From an uncultured Oscillospiraceae bacterium (lineage in GTDB: Bacteria > Bacillota > Clostridia > Oscillospirales > Oscillospiraceae), in NCBI GenBank assembly GCA_944387625.1, contig CALXFQ010000001.1:5605-69604 (forward strand): DNA of 64,000 nt. The letters run 5' to 3'. A model generated the notes under the pieces. It had not been told where the DNA came from. It was given only the letters and a program-made list of their open reading frames with translations, and did not search any database. Numbering within the stretch: the first letter of the stretch is position 1; every line of letters starts with the position of its first letter. Of the stretch, positions 17,548-27,251 are shown in pieces. The translations under genes were made by a program, and so were the position numbers.

Positions 17548-18174
17548 ATGTGGTATCCGATCCTGATCACCGTGCTGGTAGGCTATATGCTGGGCAACCT
17601 GAACGGCGCTGTCCTCATGTCCAGCCTGATGGCCAACGAGGATGTGCGAAGCAAGGGCAGCGGCAACGCCGGTCTTACCAACTTCGCCCGGAACTACGGC
17701 GGCCTTGGCTCCCTGGGGGTGCTGGCGATCGACGCGGGGAAGGCGGTGCTGGCGTGCCTGGCCGGCGGACTGATGCTGGAGCCTTACGGGATGGAACTGG
17801 AGGGCATGGCGATCGGCGGCCTGGCGCTGATGGTGGGCCATGATTTCCCGGCGCTGCTGGGCTTTAAAGGCGGCAAGGGGATCATGAGCGGCTGTTTCAT
17901 CGCCCTGACCATCGACTGGCGGGTGTTCCTGCTGATCTTGGCGGTGTTCGCCGTGCTGTATCTTACCACCCGGTATGTGTCCCTGGGGTCGGTGTGCGCC
18001 TCGCTGACTTTTGGGGTGGGTTTTGTGATCTTCCACCACGACAACATGATCGTGATGATCTGCGGCCTGGCCATGTCCGCGCTGGCGCTGTTTATGCACC
18101 GGGGGAATATCCTCCGGCTGGTGAAGGGCCAGGAGCGGAAGACCGACCTGTTCAAGAAAGGACGGAAGAAATGA
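17548..18174 (+). CDS. plsY: glycerol-3-phosphate acyltransferase PlsY
   Basis: It is a multi-TM protein with the motif SGNAGLTN. Confidence 0.9.
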   Translation: MWYPILITVLVGYMLGNLNGAVLMSSLMANEDVRSKGSGNAGLTNFARNYGGLGSLGVLAIDAGKAVLACLAGGLMLEPYGMELEGMAIGGLALMVGHDFPALLGFKGGKGIMSGCFIALTIDWRVFLLILAVFAVLYLTTRYVSLGSVCASLTFGVGFVIFHHDNMIVMICGLAMSALALFMHRGNILRLVKGQERKTDLFKKGRKK

Positions 18175-19169
18175 AGATCGCGGTAGTTGGCAGCGGCGCC
18201 TGGGGCACGGCTCTGGCGCTCAGGCTGTGGAAGAACGGCCACGATGTGACCATGTGGTGCTATGAGCCGGAGCGGGTGCCTCTGATGGAGCGGGAGCGCC
18301 GCAATCCCCGGCTGCCCGGGGCGGTGCTGCCGGAGGGGATGAAGATCTCCGCCGACTACGCCTGTGTAAGCGGCTGCGCCATGGTGGTCATGGCCACCCC
18401 CTCTTTCCCGATCCGGCAGGTCAGCCGTCAGATCGCCCCCTATCTGGAGCAGGAGGCGGTGCTGGTATCCGTGACCAAGGGCCTGGAGCAGGGGTCGTTC
18501 CTGCGGATGAGCCAGGTGGTGGAGCAGGAGACCGGCCGCCGGACCGTGGTGCTCACCGGCCCCAGCCATGCCGAGGAGGTGGCCCGGGACATCCCCACCG
18601 GGTGCCTGGCGGCCTGCGCGGACAAGCAGCTGGCGGAGCTGGTCCAGGACACTTTCATGTCCGAGACCTTCCGGATCTACACCAGCCCTGACGCGGTAGG
18701 CGCGGAACTGGCGGCGGCGCTGAAAAACGTGATCGCGCTGTGCGCCGGCGTCACCGACGGCCTGGGCTATGGCGACAATACCAAGGCCATGCTCATGACC
18801 CGGGGCCTGACGGAGATGGCCCGGCTGGGCATCGCCATGGGGGCCAGCCGGGAGACCTTCGCGGGCCTTGCCGGTGTAGGGGACCTGATCGTCACCTGCA
18901 CCTCCATGCACTCCCGGAATCGCCGGGCAGGGATCCTGATCGGCCAGGGCAAGCCGGTACAGCAGGCGATGGAAGAGGTGGGCGCTGTGGTGGAGGGCTA
19001 CTACGCCGCCGCCGCCGCTTATGAGCTGAGCCGGAAGATGGGGGTGGAGATGCCCATCGTCACCGCCGCCTACCAGTGCCTGTACTGCGGTCTGAGCGCC
19101 CAGGAGGCGGTCCGGGACTTGCTTGGCCGGCAGAAACGCTCCGAACAGGAGGACGCGGCCTGGTCCTGA
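18171..19169 (+). CDS. gpsA: NAD(P)H-dependent glycerol-3-phosphate dehydrogenase
   Basis: The protein starts MKIAVVGSGAWGTALA. The real start at 18171 forms an ATGA overlap with plsY. The upstream 59 codons in the track ORF are spurious. Confidence 0.9.
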   Translation: MKIAVVGSGAWGTALALRLWKNGHDVTMWCYEPERVPLMERERRNPRLPGAVLPEGMKISADYACVSGCAMVVMATPSFPIRQVSRQIAPYLEQEAVLVSVTKGLEQGSFLRMSQVVEQETGRRTVVLTGPSHAEEVARDIPTGCLAACADKQLAELVQDTFMSETFRIYTSPDAVGAELAAALKNVIALCAGVTDGLGYGDNTKAMLMTRGLTEMARLGIAMGASRETFAGLAGVGDLIVTCTSMHSRNRRAGILIGQGKPVQQAMEEVGAVVEGYYAAAAAYELSRKMGVEMPIVTAAYQCLYCGLSAQEAVRDLLGRQKRSEQEDAAWS

Positions 19170-19189
19170 TCCGCAAGACGCTGAGATTT

Positions 19190-19219
19190 GACACCGATCT
19201 TACGATCGGTGTCTTTTTT
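19190..19219 (+). terminator. intrinsic terminator
   Basis: The hairpin GACACCGATC-ttac-GATCGGTGTC is followed by TTTTTT. Confidence 0.8.
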
Positions 19220-19304
19220 ACTTTACGATCGGGGATCATAATAAAGGGCGTAAGGCAAAAGCCTAGATCTAAAAAACACGATCCAATAGAAGGAGGATCC
19301 TATC

Positions 19305-20108
19305 ATGAAAAAGATCATCAGTTTCGCCCTGGCGGCGGTACTCTCCCTGGGCATCCTGGCCGGTTGCTCCAAGGAGGAGGCCAAGCAGGTATCCACCGAC
19401 GGCTCCACTTCCATGAGCAAGGTGATCCTGGCTCTGGCGGAAGCTTACGAAGAGAAGACCGGCACGAAGGTGTCCTACAACGGCAGCGGCTCCAGCGCGG
19501 GCATCTCCGCGGTGCTGGAAGGCCGGGCGGACATCGGCCTGAGCAGCCGGGACCTGAAGGACGAGGAGAAGGAGCAGGGCCTGACCGGCACCGTGCTGGC
19601 CTATGACGGCATCGCCGTGATCGTCCACCCGGAGAACCCGGTGGCGGACCTGGACCTGGAGACCATCGCCAAGATCTACAAGGGAGAGATCACCAACTGG
19701 AAGGACGTAGGCGGCAATGACGCCGAGATCGTGCTGATCGGCCGGGAGGCCGGTTCCGGCACCCGGGACGGCTTTGAAACGATCACCGGCACGGAAGGCG
19801 TGTGCGCCTACCGGCAGGAGCTGACCTCCACCGGCGACGTGATCACCGCGGTGGCCCAGAACCCCAACGCCATCGGCTACGCCTCTGTGGCCTCGGTGAA
19901 GGACACGGTGAAGGCCCTGACTGTAGGCGGTGTGGCTCCCACGGAGGATACGGTGAAGGACGGCAGCTATGTGATCCAGCGTCCCTTCGTCCTGGTGACC
20001 AAGGACGACCAGCCCCTCAGCGAGGCGGCCCAGGCCTTCTTCGACTACATCACCTCCGGCGACGCCAATGAGATCATCACCGACGCCGGTGTGGTCCCCG
20101 CCAACTAA
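19305..20108 (+). CDS. pstS: phosphate ABC transporter substrate-binding lipoprotein PstS
   Basis: It has a signal peptide with lipobox LAGC, the motif STSMS...GSGSSAG, and sits in a pstSCAB context. Confidence 0.9.
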   Translation: MKKIISFALAAVLSLGILAGCSKEEAKQVSTDGSTSMSKVILALAEAYEEKTGTKVSYNGSGSSAGISAVLEGRADIGLSSRDLKDEEKEQGLTGTVLAYDGIAVIVHPENPVADLDLETIAKIYKGEITNWKDVGGNDAEIVLIGREAGSGTRDGFETITGTEGVCAYRQELTSTGDVITAVAQNPNAIGYASVASVKDTVKALTVGGVAPTEDTVKDGSYVIQRPFVLVTKDDQPLSEAAQAFFDYITSGDANEIITDAGVVPAN

Positions 20109-20124
20109 AACGGACGGATATCCG

Positions 20125-20146
20125 GCCCCCTCCTTATCGAGGGGGC
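20125..20146 (+). other. intercistronic stem-loop between pstS and pstC
   Basis: The hairpin is GCCCCC-N10-GGGGGC. It has no U-tract, so it is a possible mRNA-stabilising or attenuating hairpin of the kind often seen after binding-protein genes. Confidence 0.3.
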
Positions 20147-20153
20147 TTGGAGC

Positions 20154-21059
20154 ATGAGGAGAAAACGCATGATGGAAATGAAGAAAAATACCCGCTCCTG
20201 GCAAAAGCATATGGAGCAGGTCGTCTATGGCATCTTCCTGCTGCTGGGCCTGATCACCATCGGCTGTGTGCTGCTGATCACCGTATACCTGGTGATCTCC
20301 GGGATCCCGGCGATCCGGCAGATCGGGCTGGTGGAGTTCCTGTTCGGGGACACCTGGAAGCCCACTGCCGCCGAGCCTTCCTATGGGATCTTGCCCTTCA
20401 TCCTCACCAGCGTCTACGGCACCGCCGGGGCGATCGTGCTGGGGGTGCCGATCGGCTTCTTCACCGCGGTGTATCTGGCTAAGATGGCCCCCCGGAAGAT
20501 CAAGCTGGTGGTGGAGCAGGCGGTGAGCATGCTGGCGGGGATCCCCTCGGTGGTCTACGGCCTGGTGGGCATGATGGTGCTGGTCCCCGGGATCCGGGAG
20601 CTGTTCGATCTGTCCGACGGCGCCTGTCTGCTGGCGGCGATCGTGGTGCTGGCGGTGATGATCCTGCCCTCGATCATCAAAATGTCCGTCACCGCCCTGG
20701 AGGCGGTGCCGAAGGAGTATGAGGACGCCTCCCTGGCCCTGGGAGCCACCCCGGAGGAGACCTGGTTCCGGGTCAGCGTCCCCGCCGCCAAAAGCGGCAT
20801 CGCCGCGGCGGTGGTGCTGGGGGTGGGCCGGGCGATCGGCGAGGCTATGGCGGTGATGATGGTATCCGGCAACGTGGCCAATATGCCCGGCCTTTTCGAG
20901 AGCGTTCGGTTCCTGACCACCGCGGTGGCCAGTGAGATGGGCTACGCCAGCGGCCTTCAGCGCCAGGCGCTGTTCTCCGTGGCGTTGGTGCTGTTCGTGT
21001 TCATCATGCTGATCAACGCCGCCTTGAATTACTTCCTGAAAGGGGACCGAAAGTCATGA
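20154..21059 (+). CDS. pstC: phosphate ABC transporter permease PstC
   Basis: It is a multi-TM protein in pst operon context. The start could instead be one of the in-frame ATGs at 20169-20175. Confidence 0.85.
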   Translation: MRRKRMMEMKKNTRSWQKHMEQVVYGIFLLLGLITIGCVLLITVYLVISGIPAIRQIGLVEFLFGDTWKPTAAEPSYGILPFILTSVYGTAGAIVLGVPIGFFTAVYLAKMAPRKIKLVVEQAVSMLAGIPSVVYGLVGMMVLVPGIRELFDLSDGACLLAAIVVLAVMILPSIIKMSVTALEAVPKEYEDASLALGATPEETWFRVSVPAAKSGIAAAVVLGVGRAIGEAMAVMMVSGNVANMPGLFESVRFLTTAVASEMGYASGLQRQALFSVALVLFVFIMLINAALNYFLKGDRKS

Positions 21060-21907
21060 CCTCCAAGAAAAGAACGGCCTTCCGATGGACGGTGCGGCTG
21101 CTCATGTGGACCGCCACCGCCCTTACCGCCGCCCTGGTGGTGGCCCTGGTGGTGTACGTGATGGCCAAAGGCGTCCCCCACATCACCTGGGAGCTGCTGT
21201 CCACCGAGACCAGCTACCTCTATGACCGGAAGGGCATCCTGCCCAACATTTTGAATACGATCTATATCATCCTGGCCGCCCTGGTGCTGGTGATCCCTCT
21301 GGGAGTGGGCGCGGCGGTGTACCTGACGGAGTACGCAAAAAATAAGCGCCTGGTGGCGGCGATCGAGTACGCCGCCGAGATCCTCTCCGGCATCCCCTCG
21401 ATCATCTACGGCCTGGTGGGCATGCTGGTGTTCAGCGAATTTCTGGGGCTGGGCAGCTCCCTGCTGGCCGGCGCGCTGACGTTGGTGATCATGAACCTGC
21501 CTACGATCATGCGCTCCACCCAGGAGAGCCTGAAGACCGTGCCGCAAAGCTACCGGGAGGGCGCCTTCGGCCTGGGGGCCGGCAAGTGGCGGACGATCCG
21601 CACGGTGGTCCTTCCCGGCTGTGTGGACGGGGTGATCACCGGCTGCATCCTGTCCGTGGGCCGGATCCTGGGAGAGTCGGCGGCCCTGCTGTTCACCGCC
21701 GGTACCGCCAACAACCTGAACGGCCTTTTCGAGGCCATGACCGCTCCGGGCTCCACCCTGACGGTGGCATTGTACTACTACGCCAAGGAGGAGGGAGAGT
21801 TTGAGGTGGCCTTCGCCATCGCCGCCATTTTGATGGTGCTCTCCCTGCTGATCAACCTGGCAGCCACCTGGGTGACCCGCCATTTCCAAAGGAGGAAAGC
21901 TCTGTGA
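21056..21907 (+). CDS. pstA: phosphate ABC transporter permease PstA
   Basis: It is a multi-TM protein whose start overlaps the pstC stop. Confidence 0.85.
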   Translation: MTSKKRTAFRWTVRLLMWTATALTAALVVALVVYVMAKGVPHITWELLSTETSYLYDRKGILPNILNTIYIILAALVLVIPLGVGAAVYLTEYAKNKRLVAAIEYAAEILSGIPSIIYGLVGMLVFSEFLGLGSSLLAGALTLVIMNLPTIMRSTQESLKTVPQSYREGAFGLGAGKWRTIRTVVLPGCVDGVITGCILSVGRILGESAALLFTAGTANNLNGLFEAMTAPGSTLTVALYYYAKEEGEFEVAFAIAAILMVLSLLINLAATWVTRHFQRRKAL

Positions 21908-22653
21908 AGCCTATCATCACCGCAAAAGACTTGTGCCTGTGGTACGGCAGTGCCCAGGCTCTGGATCATATCACGCTGGATATCCCGGAAAACAGCATCA
22001 CCGCCCTGATCGGCCCCTCCGGCTGCGGCAAGTCCACCTTTCTGAAGACCCTGAATCGGATGAACGACCTGGTGGAGGGGGTGAAGATCACCGGCACCGT
22101 GACCTATGCCGGGAAGGATGTGTTCGCCACCGATGTGAACCAGCTTCGCAAGGAGGTGGGCATGGTCTTCCAGAAGCCCAACCCCTTCCCCATGAGCATC
22201 TATGACAACGTGGCCTACGGCCCCCGGACCCACGGCATCACCGCCAAGAAGGACCTGGACCAGATCGTGGAGCAGGCCCTTCGGGACGCGGCGATCTGGG
22301 ACGAGGTGAAGGACCGGCTGAAAAAGAACGCCCTGGGCCTTTCCGGCGGTCAGCAGCAGCGGCTGTGCATCGCCAGAGCCTTGGCGGTGGCCCCCAAGGT
22401 GCTGCTCATGGACGAGCCTACCTCGGCCCTGGACCCGATCTCCACGTCCCGGATCGAGGAGCTGGTCACCCAGCTCAAGGACCGCTACACGATCATCATG
22501 GTCACCCACAATATGCAGCAGGCGGTCCGGGTGTCGGACTACACCGCCTTCTTCCTTTTGGGAGAGCTGGTGGAGTTCGGGGCCACGGAGAGCCTGTTCT
22601 CCCAGCCGGTAGACCGGCGGACAGAGGATTATATCACCGGGAGGTTTGGTTGA
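21904..22653 (+). CDS. pstB: phosphate ABC transporter ATP-binding protein PstB
   Basis: It carries [24 protein letters not shown] and [11 protein letters not shown]. The start is GTG and overlaps the pstA stop. Confidence 0.9.
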   Translation: MKPIITAKDLCLWYGSAQALDHITLDIPENSITALIGPSGCGKSTFLKTLNRMNDLVEGVKITGTVTYAGKDVFATDVNQLRKEVGMVFQKPNPFPMSIYDNVAYGPRTHGITAKKDLDQIVEQALRDAAIWDEVKDRLKKNALGLSGGQQQRLCIARALAVAPKVLLMDEPTSALDPISTSRIEELVTQLKDRYTIIMVTHNMQQAVRVSDYTAFFLLGELVEFGATESLFSQPVDRRTEDYITGRFG

Positions 22654-22654
22654 T

Positions 22655-23305
22655 ATGAGAAGCAGATTTGACGAACAGCTGGCCCGGCTCAACAGCGAGA
22701 TGATCGCCATGGGCGCGCTTTGCGAGGAGGCCATCGCCCTGGCCACCAAGACCATCGGGGAGGACCGGGGGGATATCCGCAAGGAAGTGATCCGGATCTC
22801 TGGAGAGCTGGACCAGAAGGAGCGGGACGTGGAGGCCCTGTGCCTGAAGCTGCTGCTCCAGCAGCAGCCGGTGGCAAGGGACCTGCGGCAGATCTCCGCC
22901 GCCCTGAAAATGATCACCGACATGGAGCGGATCGGAGATCAGGCGGAGGACATCGCCGAGATCACCGCCTATCTTGGCGGCTATCAGGGCCGGGAAACGG
23001 AACAGATCCAGGCCATGGCCGCCGAGGCGATCGGCATGGTCACCGACAGCGTGGACGCCTTCGTCCGCCGCGACATGGCCCTGGCCCAGGCCGTGCTGGA
23101 CCACGACGACATCGTGGACGGCTACTTCACCAAGGTCAAGCAGTCCCTGATCGCCATGATCGCCCAAAACGGGGACGTGGGGGAGTATCCCCTGGACCTG
23201 CTGATGATCGCCAAGTATTTCGAGCGGATCGGGGACCACGCCACCAACATCGCCGAGTGGGTGATCTTCTCGATCACCGGTGTCCATAAAGACAGCGAGC
23301 TATGA
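22655..23305 (+). CDS. phoU: phosphate signalling complex protein PhoU
   Basis: It has the duplicated ERIGD motifs MERIGDQAEDIAE and FERIGDHATNIAEW. I prefer ATG 22655, which has a GGGAGG RBS, over the track start at 22646. Confidence 0.9.
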   Translation: MRSRFDEQLARLNSEMIAMGALCEEAIALATKTIGEDRGDIRKEVIRISGELDQKERDVEALCLKLLLQQQPVARDLRQISAALKMITDMERIGDQAEDIAEITAYLGGYQGRETEQIQAMAAEAIGMVTDSVDAFVRRDMALAQAVLDHDDIVDGYFTKVKQSLIAMIAQNGDVGEYPLDLLMIAKYFERIGDHATNIAEWVIFSITGVHKDSEL

Positions 23306-23997
23306 TCTGGTGCGTGGAGGATGACGACGCCATCCGGGAGGTCCAGCTCTACGCCCTGGAGAGCGCCGGGTTCCAGACCCGGGGCTTTTCCCGGGGCGAC
23401 ACGGTATGGCAGGCCCTGGCCACGGAGATGCCGGAGCTGATCTTGCTGGACGTGATGCTCCCGGGGATGGATGGGGTCACCCTCCTGAAAGCGATCCGGG
23501 AGAACCCCCGGCTGTGCCATATCCCGGTGATCATGGCCACCGCCAAGGGGGCGGAGTATGACAAGATCCAGACCCTGGATCTGGGGGCGGACGATCACCT
23601 GGCCAAGCCCTTCGGCCTGCGGGAGATGGTGTCCCGGGTCCGGGCGGTGCTGCGCCGGTATCAGTGCCAGGAGGAGCACCGGGTGCTCCGCCGCCAGGGT
23701 CTGGAGCTGGATCTGGACCGATACACCTGCACGCTGGATGGGCATCGGCTGGCGCTGACGTATAAGGAGTTCCGGCTGCTGTCGCTGCTGCTGTCCCGGC
23801 CCGGGGTGGCCTTTACCCGGCAGCAGTTGTTCAGCGCGGTGTGGGACGACACCTTCACCGGGGAGACCCGGACCGTGGATATGCACATCAAGACCCTGCG
23901 CCAGAAGCTGGGCCGCTGGGGGGAGCAGATCGAAACGGTCCGCAACGTAGGCTACCGGCTCTCCCCGGATCCGGATGGATCGGATGAGCAAGGCTGA
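23302..23997 (+). CDS. OmpR/PhoB-family response regulator with no adjacent histidine kinase
   Basis: The receiver domain shows EDDD and LLDVMLPGMDG...KPF, and the winged helix shows TVRNVGYRL. Its start forms an ATGA overlap with the phoU stop. Confidence 0.85.
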   Translation: MIWCVEDDDAIREVQLYALESAGFQTRGFSRGDTVWQALATEMPELILLDVMLPGMDGVTLLKAIRENPRLCHIPVIMATAKGAEYDKIQTLDLGADDHLAKPFGLREMVSRVRAVLRRYQCQEEHRVLRRQGLELDLDRYTCTLDGHRLALTYKEFRLLSLLLSRPGVAFTRQQLFSAVWDDTFTGETRTVDMHIKTLRQKLGRWGEQIETVRNVGYRLSPDPDGSDEQG

Positions 23998-24046
23998 CAG
24001 CGCCGGGGAACACAGCCCCCCAAAAGGGGATATTTTTCCAGGATCG

Positions 24047-24079
24047 ATCGCCAAACCCAAACGGGTTTGGCGATTTTTT
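24047..24079 (+). terminator. intrinsic terminator
   Basis: The hairpin ATCGCCAAACCC-aaac-GGGTTTGGCGAT is followed by TTTTTT. Confidence 0.8.
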
Positions 24080-24089
24080 CATATTATTC

Positions 24090-24118
24090 TTGACCCATGG
24101 GGCGAAAGAACGTATAAT
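24090..24118 (+). promoter_or_regulatory. sigma-A type promoter, TTGACC-17-TATAAT
   Basis: The hexamers are at 24090-24095 and 24113-24118. Confidence 0.65.
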
Positions 24119-24165
24119 AAACGATATACTTTTACGCCCCGGCCATCGGGGAAAGGAGGCGGCAT

Positions 24166-24921
24166 ATGGTCATCAAGTGGAACGTGACCATCCCCAGGCT
24201 CACCGGCGACAAGAAGCGCTGTGCCTACATCTATCTGCCGGAGTCCTACCAGAAGGAGAAGGACCGGCGGTATCCCGTGATGTATATGTTCGACGGACAC
24301 AACGTGTTCTTCGATGAGGACGCCACCTTCGGCAAGTCCTGGGGCATGGAAGAGTATATGGACAAAAGCGGCAAGGAGCTGATCATCGTTGCCGTGGCCT
24401 GCGACCCGGAGGGCAACGGCCGGATCGTGGAATACTCGCCGATGAATTATGAAAATTCCGATCTGGGCAAGATCCGGGGCAGGGGCGGCGTGTATATGCA
24501 CTGGCTGGTCAAGGAGTTCAAGCCCTATATCGACGAGCACTACCGCACTCTCCCGGACCGGCGGAACACGATCATCGCCGGGTCCTCCATGGGCGGACTG
24601 ATGGCCCTGTACGCCGTGTCGGTGTTCAACCACGTGTTCCAGCGGGCGGCCTGCCTGTCCCCGAGCTTGTGGGTGGCCCCGGGGAAGGTGCTGGAGATGG
24701 TGGCCCGGGCCAGGATCAGGAACGACACCTGCGTGTATATGGACTACGGCGCCCTGGAGATCTTCAACCACGCCGCCAACGCCGAGGCCCTGATCTCCAC
24801 CAGCCACCTGCTGCTGACCAAGCGGGTGAATCTGGCGCTGCGGGTGGTGCCGGACGGCACCCACAGTGAGGAGTCCTGGGAGCGGCAGATCCCGATCTTT
24901 ATGGACTGTCTGGGCATTTAA
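24166..24921 (+). CDS. alpha/beta hydrolase, putative-esterase family (esterase D / Fes-like fold), cytoplasmic
   Basis: It has the nucleophile elbow GSSMGG and the segment YPVMYMFDGHNVF. No signal peptide is present. Confidence 0.7.
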   Translation: MVIKWNVTIPRLTGDKKRCAYIYLPESYQKEKDRRYPVMYMFDGHNVFFDEDATFGKSWGMEEYMDKSGKELIIVAVACDPEGNGRIVEYSPMNYENSDLGKIRGRGGVYMHWLVKEFKPYIDEHYRTLPDRRNTIIAGSSMGGLMALYAVSVFNHVFQRAACLSPSLWVAPGKVLEMVARARIRNDTCVYMDYGALEIFNHAANAEALISTSHLLLTKRVNLALRVVPDGTHSEESWERQIPIFMDCLGI

Positions 24922-24938
24922 AGAAGGAGGCGATCGAG

Positions 24939-25688
24939 ATGGAGATCCGTTATTTCAAACATTGGAGCAGCCACCTGGGCCGGGACATGGAGTTCAAGGT
25001 CTACGGCCACACCGGCCGGCCGGTGATGTTCGTCCCCTGTCAGGGCGGCCGGTTCTTCGACTTTGAGAACTTCCATATGCTGGACCACTGGGCCGGATGG
25101 ATCGAGGAGGGGCGGTGCACCGTCTTTTCCATCGACTGCATCGACAACGAGAGCTACGCCGCCCAGGGCGACCCCCGGCAGCGGATCGAGCGGCATGAAC
25201 AGTGGTATCGGTATGTGGTGGAGGAGCTGGTGCCGTATATCAAGCACCTGAGCGGAGAGCGTCTGGGCTACGACCGGGGGATCATGACCTTCGGCTGCTC
25301 CATGGGGGCCATGCACGCGGCCAACCTGTTCTTCCGGCGGCCGGACCTGTTCGATGCCATGTTCTCGATCTCCGGGCTGTACGACAGCCGGATGTTCTTC
25401 GGGGACTATTGCGACGAGCTGGTGTATCAGAACACCCCGGTGCTGTACCTGGACGGCCTGCCTGACGACCACTACTATAAGCAGATGTACAACGACCGAA
25501 AGATCCTGGTGGTGGTGGGCCAGGGGGCCTGGGAGGGACCTCTGGTAGAGAGCACCCGGTGGCTGGAGGATGTGCTCAGAAGGAAGGGCATCCACGGCCA
25601 GGTCGATTACTGGGGCTACGACGTGGACCACGACTGGCCCTGGTGGTTCAAAATGGTGGAGCACTACGTTCCCTCGTTCCTGTACTGA
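24939..25688 (+). CDS. alpha/beta hydrolase, putative-esterase family, second divergent copy
   Basis: It has the nucleophile elbow GCSMGA and no signal peptide. Confidence 0.65.
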   Translation: MEIRYFKHWSSHLGRDMEFKVYGHTGRPVMFVPCQGGRFFDFENFHMLDHWAGWIEEGRCTVFSIDCIDNESYAAQGDPRQRIERHEQWYRYVVEELVPYIKHLSGERLGYDRGIMTFGCSMGAMHAANLFFRRPDLFDAMFSISGLYDSRMFFGDYCDELVYQNTPVLYLDGLPDDHYYKQMYNDRKILVVVGQGAWEGPLVESTRWLEDVLRRKGIHGQVDYWGYDVDHDWPWWFKMVEHYVPSFLY

Positions 25689-25718
25689 CATAAAAAAACG
25701 CCAGAAGGAGGACCTGAC

Positions 25719-26912
25719 ATGAAGAACTTTATTTTTATCTCCCCTAATTTCCCGGTGAATTACTGGAAATTCTGCGCCGAGCTGAGAAATGACGGTCTGC
25801 GGGTGCTGGGCATCGGCGACTGCCCCTACGGCCAGTTGGTCCAGCCCCTGCGGGAGGCTCTTCACGAGTATTACAAGGTTGAGTCCCTGGAGAATTATGA
25901 CGAGGTGTTCAAGGCCGTGGCTTTCTTCACCTACAAATACGGCAAGATCGACTGGCTGGAGTCCAACAATGAGTATTGGCTGGAGCGGGACGCCCAGCTG
26001 CGTACCGAGTTCAACATCACCACCGGCTTCAAGTCCGGCCAGATCGATCACATCAAGCGCAAGTCCGCCATGAAAGCCTACTACGCCGAGGCTTCCATCC
26101 CCACCGCCCGGTATCACCTGGTGGAGGGCTACGAGGACGCGGCGGCCTTCGCCCACACCGTGGGCTACCCGGTGGTGGTCAAGCCGGACAACGGGGTGGG
26201 CGCCAGCCAGACCTACCGGCTGCGCAGCGATGAAGATCTGCGGTTCTTTATCGAACACATGGACCAGCGGACCTACATCATGGAGGAGTTCGTCAACGGT
26301 TACGTTCGGACCTATGACGCGATCATCGATTCCCAAGGCGAGCCGATCTTTGAGTCCGGCAACATCACCCCCCTGTCCCTGATGGACGTGGTCAACGAGC
26401 AGGGGGAGAGCCTGTACTACATCGTCCGGGAGCTGCCGGAGGAGGTCCGGGAGGTGGGCCGCCGGACGGTGAAAGCTTTCGATGTCCGCAGCCGGTTCGT
26501 CCACCTGGAATACTTCGTGCTGGAAGCGGACCAGGAGGGCCTGGGCCGGAAGGGGGACATCATCGGCCTGGAGGTGAATATGCGCCCTGCCGGCGGCTTC
26601 ACCCCGGATATGTACAACTTCGCCTATGAAACGGATGTGTATAAGATCTGGGCGGACATGATCGCCTTCGATCGAAACACCTTGCCCATGGACCGGCCCC
26701 GGCACAACTGCGCCTTTGTCGGCCGCCGGGACGGGAAGGACTATCTGCTGGACGATCAGGCGGTGATCAACAAGTACGGGCCCAGCCTGCGGATGTGGGG
26801 CCGGATCCCGGAGGCCCTGTCCGGGGCCATGGCCAACCAGATGTTCATCGGCTGCTTTGACACCGAGGAGGAGGTCTGGGACTTCTACCGGGACCTGCTC
26901 CAGACCAGGTAA
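25719..26912 (+). CDS. ATP-grasp domain protein (carboxylate-amine/thiol ligase superfamily), substrate unknown
   Basis: The central block KRKSAMKAYYAEASIPTARYHLV...VGYPVVVKPDNGVGASQTY is typical of ATP-grasp enzymes. Confidence 0.7.
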   Translation: MKNFIFISPNFPVNYWKFCAELRNDGLRVLGIGDCPYGQLVQPLREALHEYYKVESLENYDEVFKAVAFFTYKYGKIDWLESNNEYWLERDAQLRTEFNITTGFKSGQIDHIKRKSAMKAYYAEASIPTARYHLVEGYEDAAAFAHTVGYPVVVKPDNGVGASQTYRLRSDEDLRFFIEHMDQRTYIMEEFVNGYVRTYDAIIDSQGEPIFESGNITPLSLMDVVNEQGESLYYIVRELPEEVREVGRRTVKAFDVRSRFVHLEYFVLEADQEGLGRKGDIIGLEVNMRPAGGFTPDMYNFAYETDVYKIWADMIAFDRNTLPMDRPRHNCAFVGRRDGKDYLLDDQAVINKYGPSLRMWGRIPEALSGAMANQMFIGCFDTEEEVWDFYRDLLQTR

Positions 26913-26936
26913 CGACCAATGGAAAAGGAGGGAGCC

Positions 26937-27233
26937 ATGGTGACGGATATCCCGGAGAAGGAGATACTGGATAATATCGCGGACCTTTTTAAGGCTTTTG
27001 CCGACCCCACGCGGGTGCATATCCTGTTCTGCCTGGCGGACCGGGAGGAGTGCGTGGGCAAGATCGCGGAGGTGCTGGGCCTGAGCCAGAGCGCCGTGTC
27101 CCACCAGCTGCGGATCTTGAAGCAGCTCCACCTGATCAAGTACCGCCGGGAGGGGAAGAACCTGTGGTATTCCCTGGCGGACGACCATGTGCGGACCATA
27201 TTGCGGATGGGCCTGGAACACGTTTTGGAGTGA
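26937..27233 (+). CDS. ArsR/SmtB family transcriptional regulator
   Basis: The sequence FADPTRVHILFCLADREECVGKIAEVLGLSQSAVSHQLRILK shows the winged HTH, with a Cys pair in the alpha-3 region. I prefer ATG 26937, which has an AAGGAGGG RBS. Confidence 0.8.
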   Translation: MVTDIPEKEILDNIADLFKAFADPTRVHILFCLADREECVGKIAEVLGLSQSAVSHQLRILKQLHLIKYRREGKNLWYSLADDHVRTILRMGLEHVLE

Positions 27234-27251
27234 TCGGCGCCACCGCCGCTG

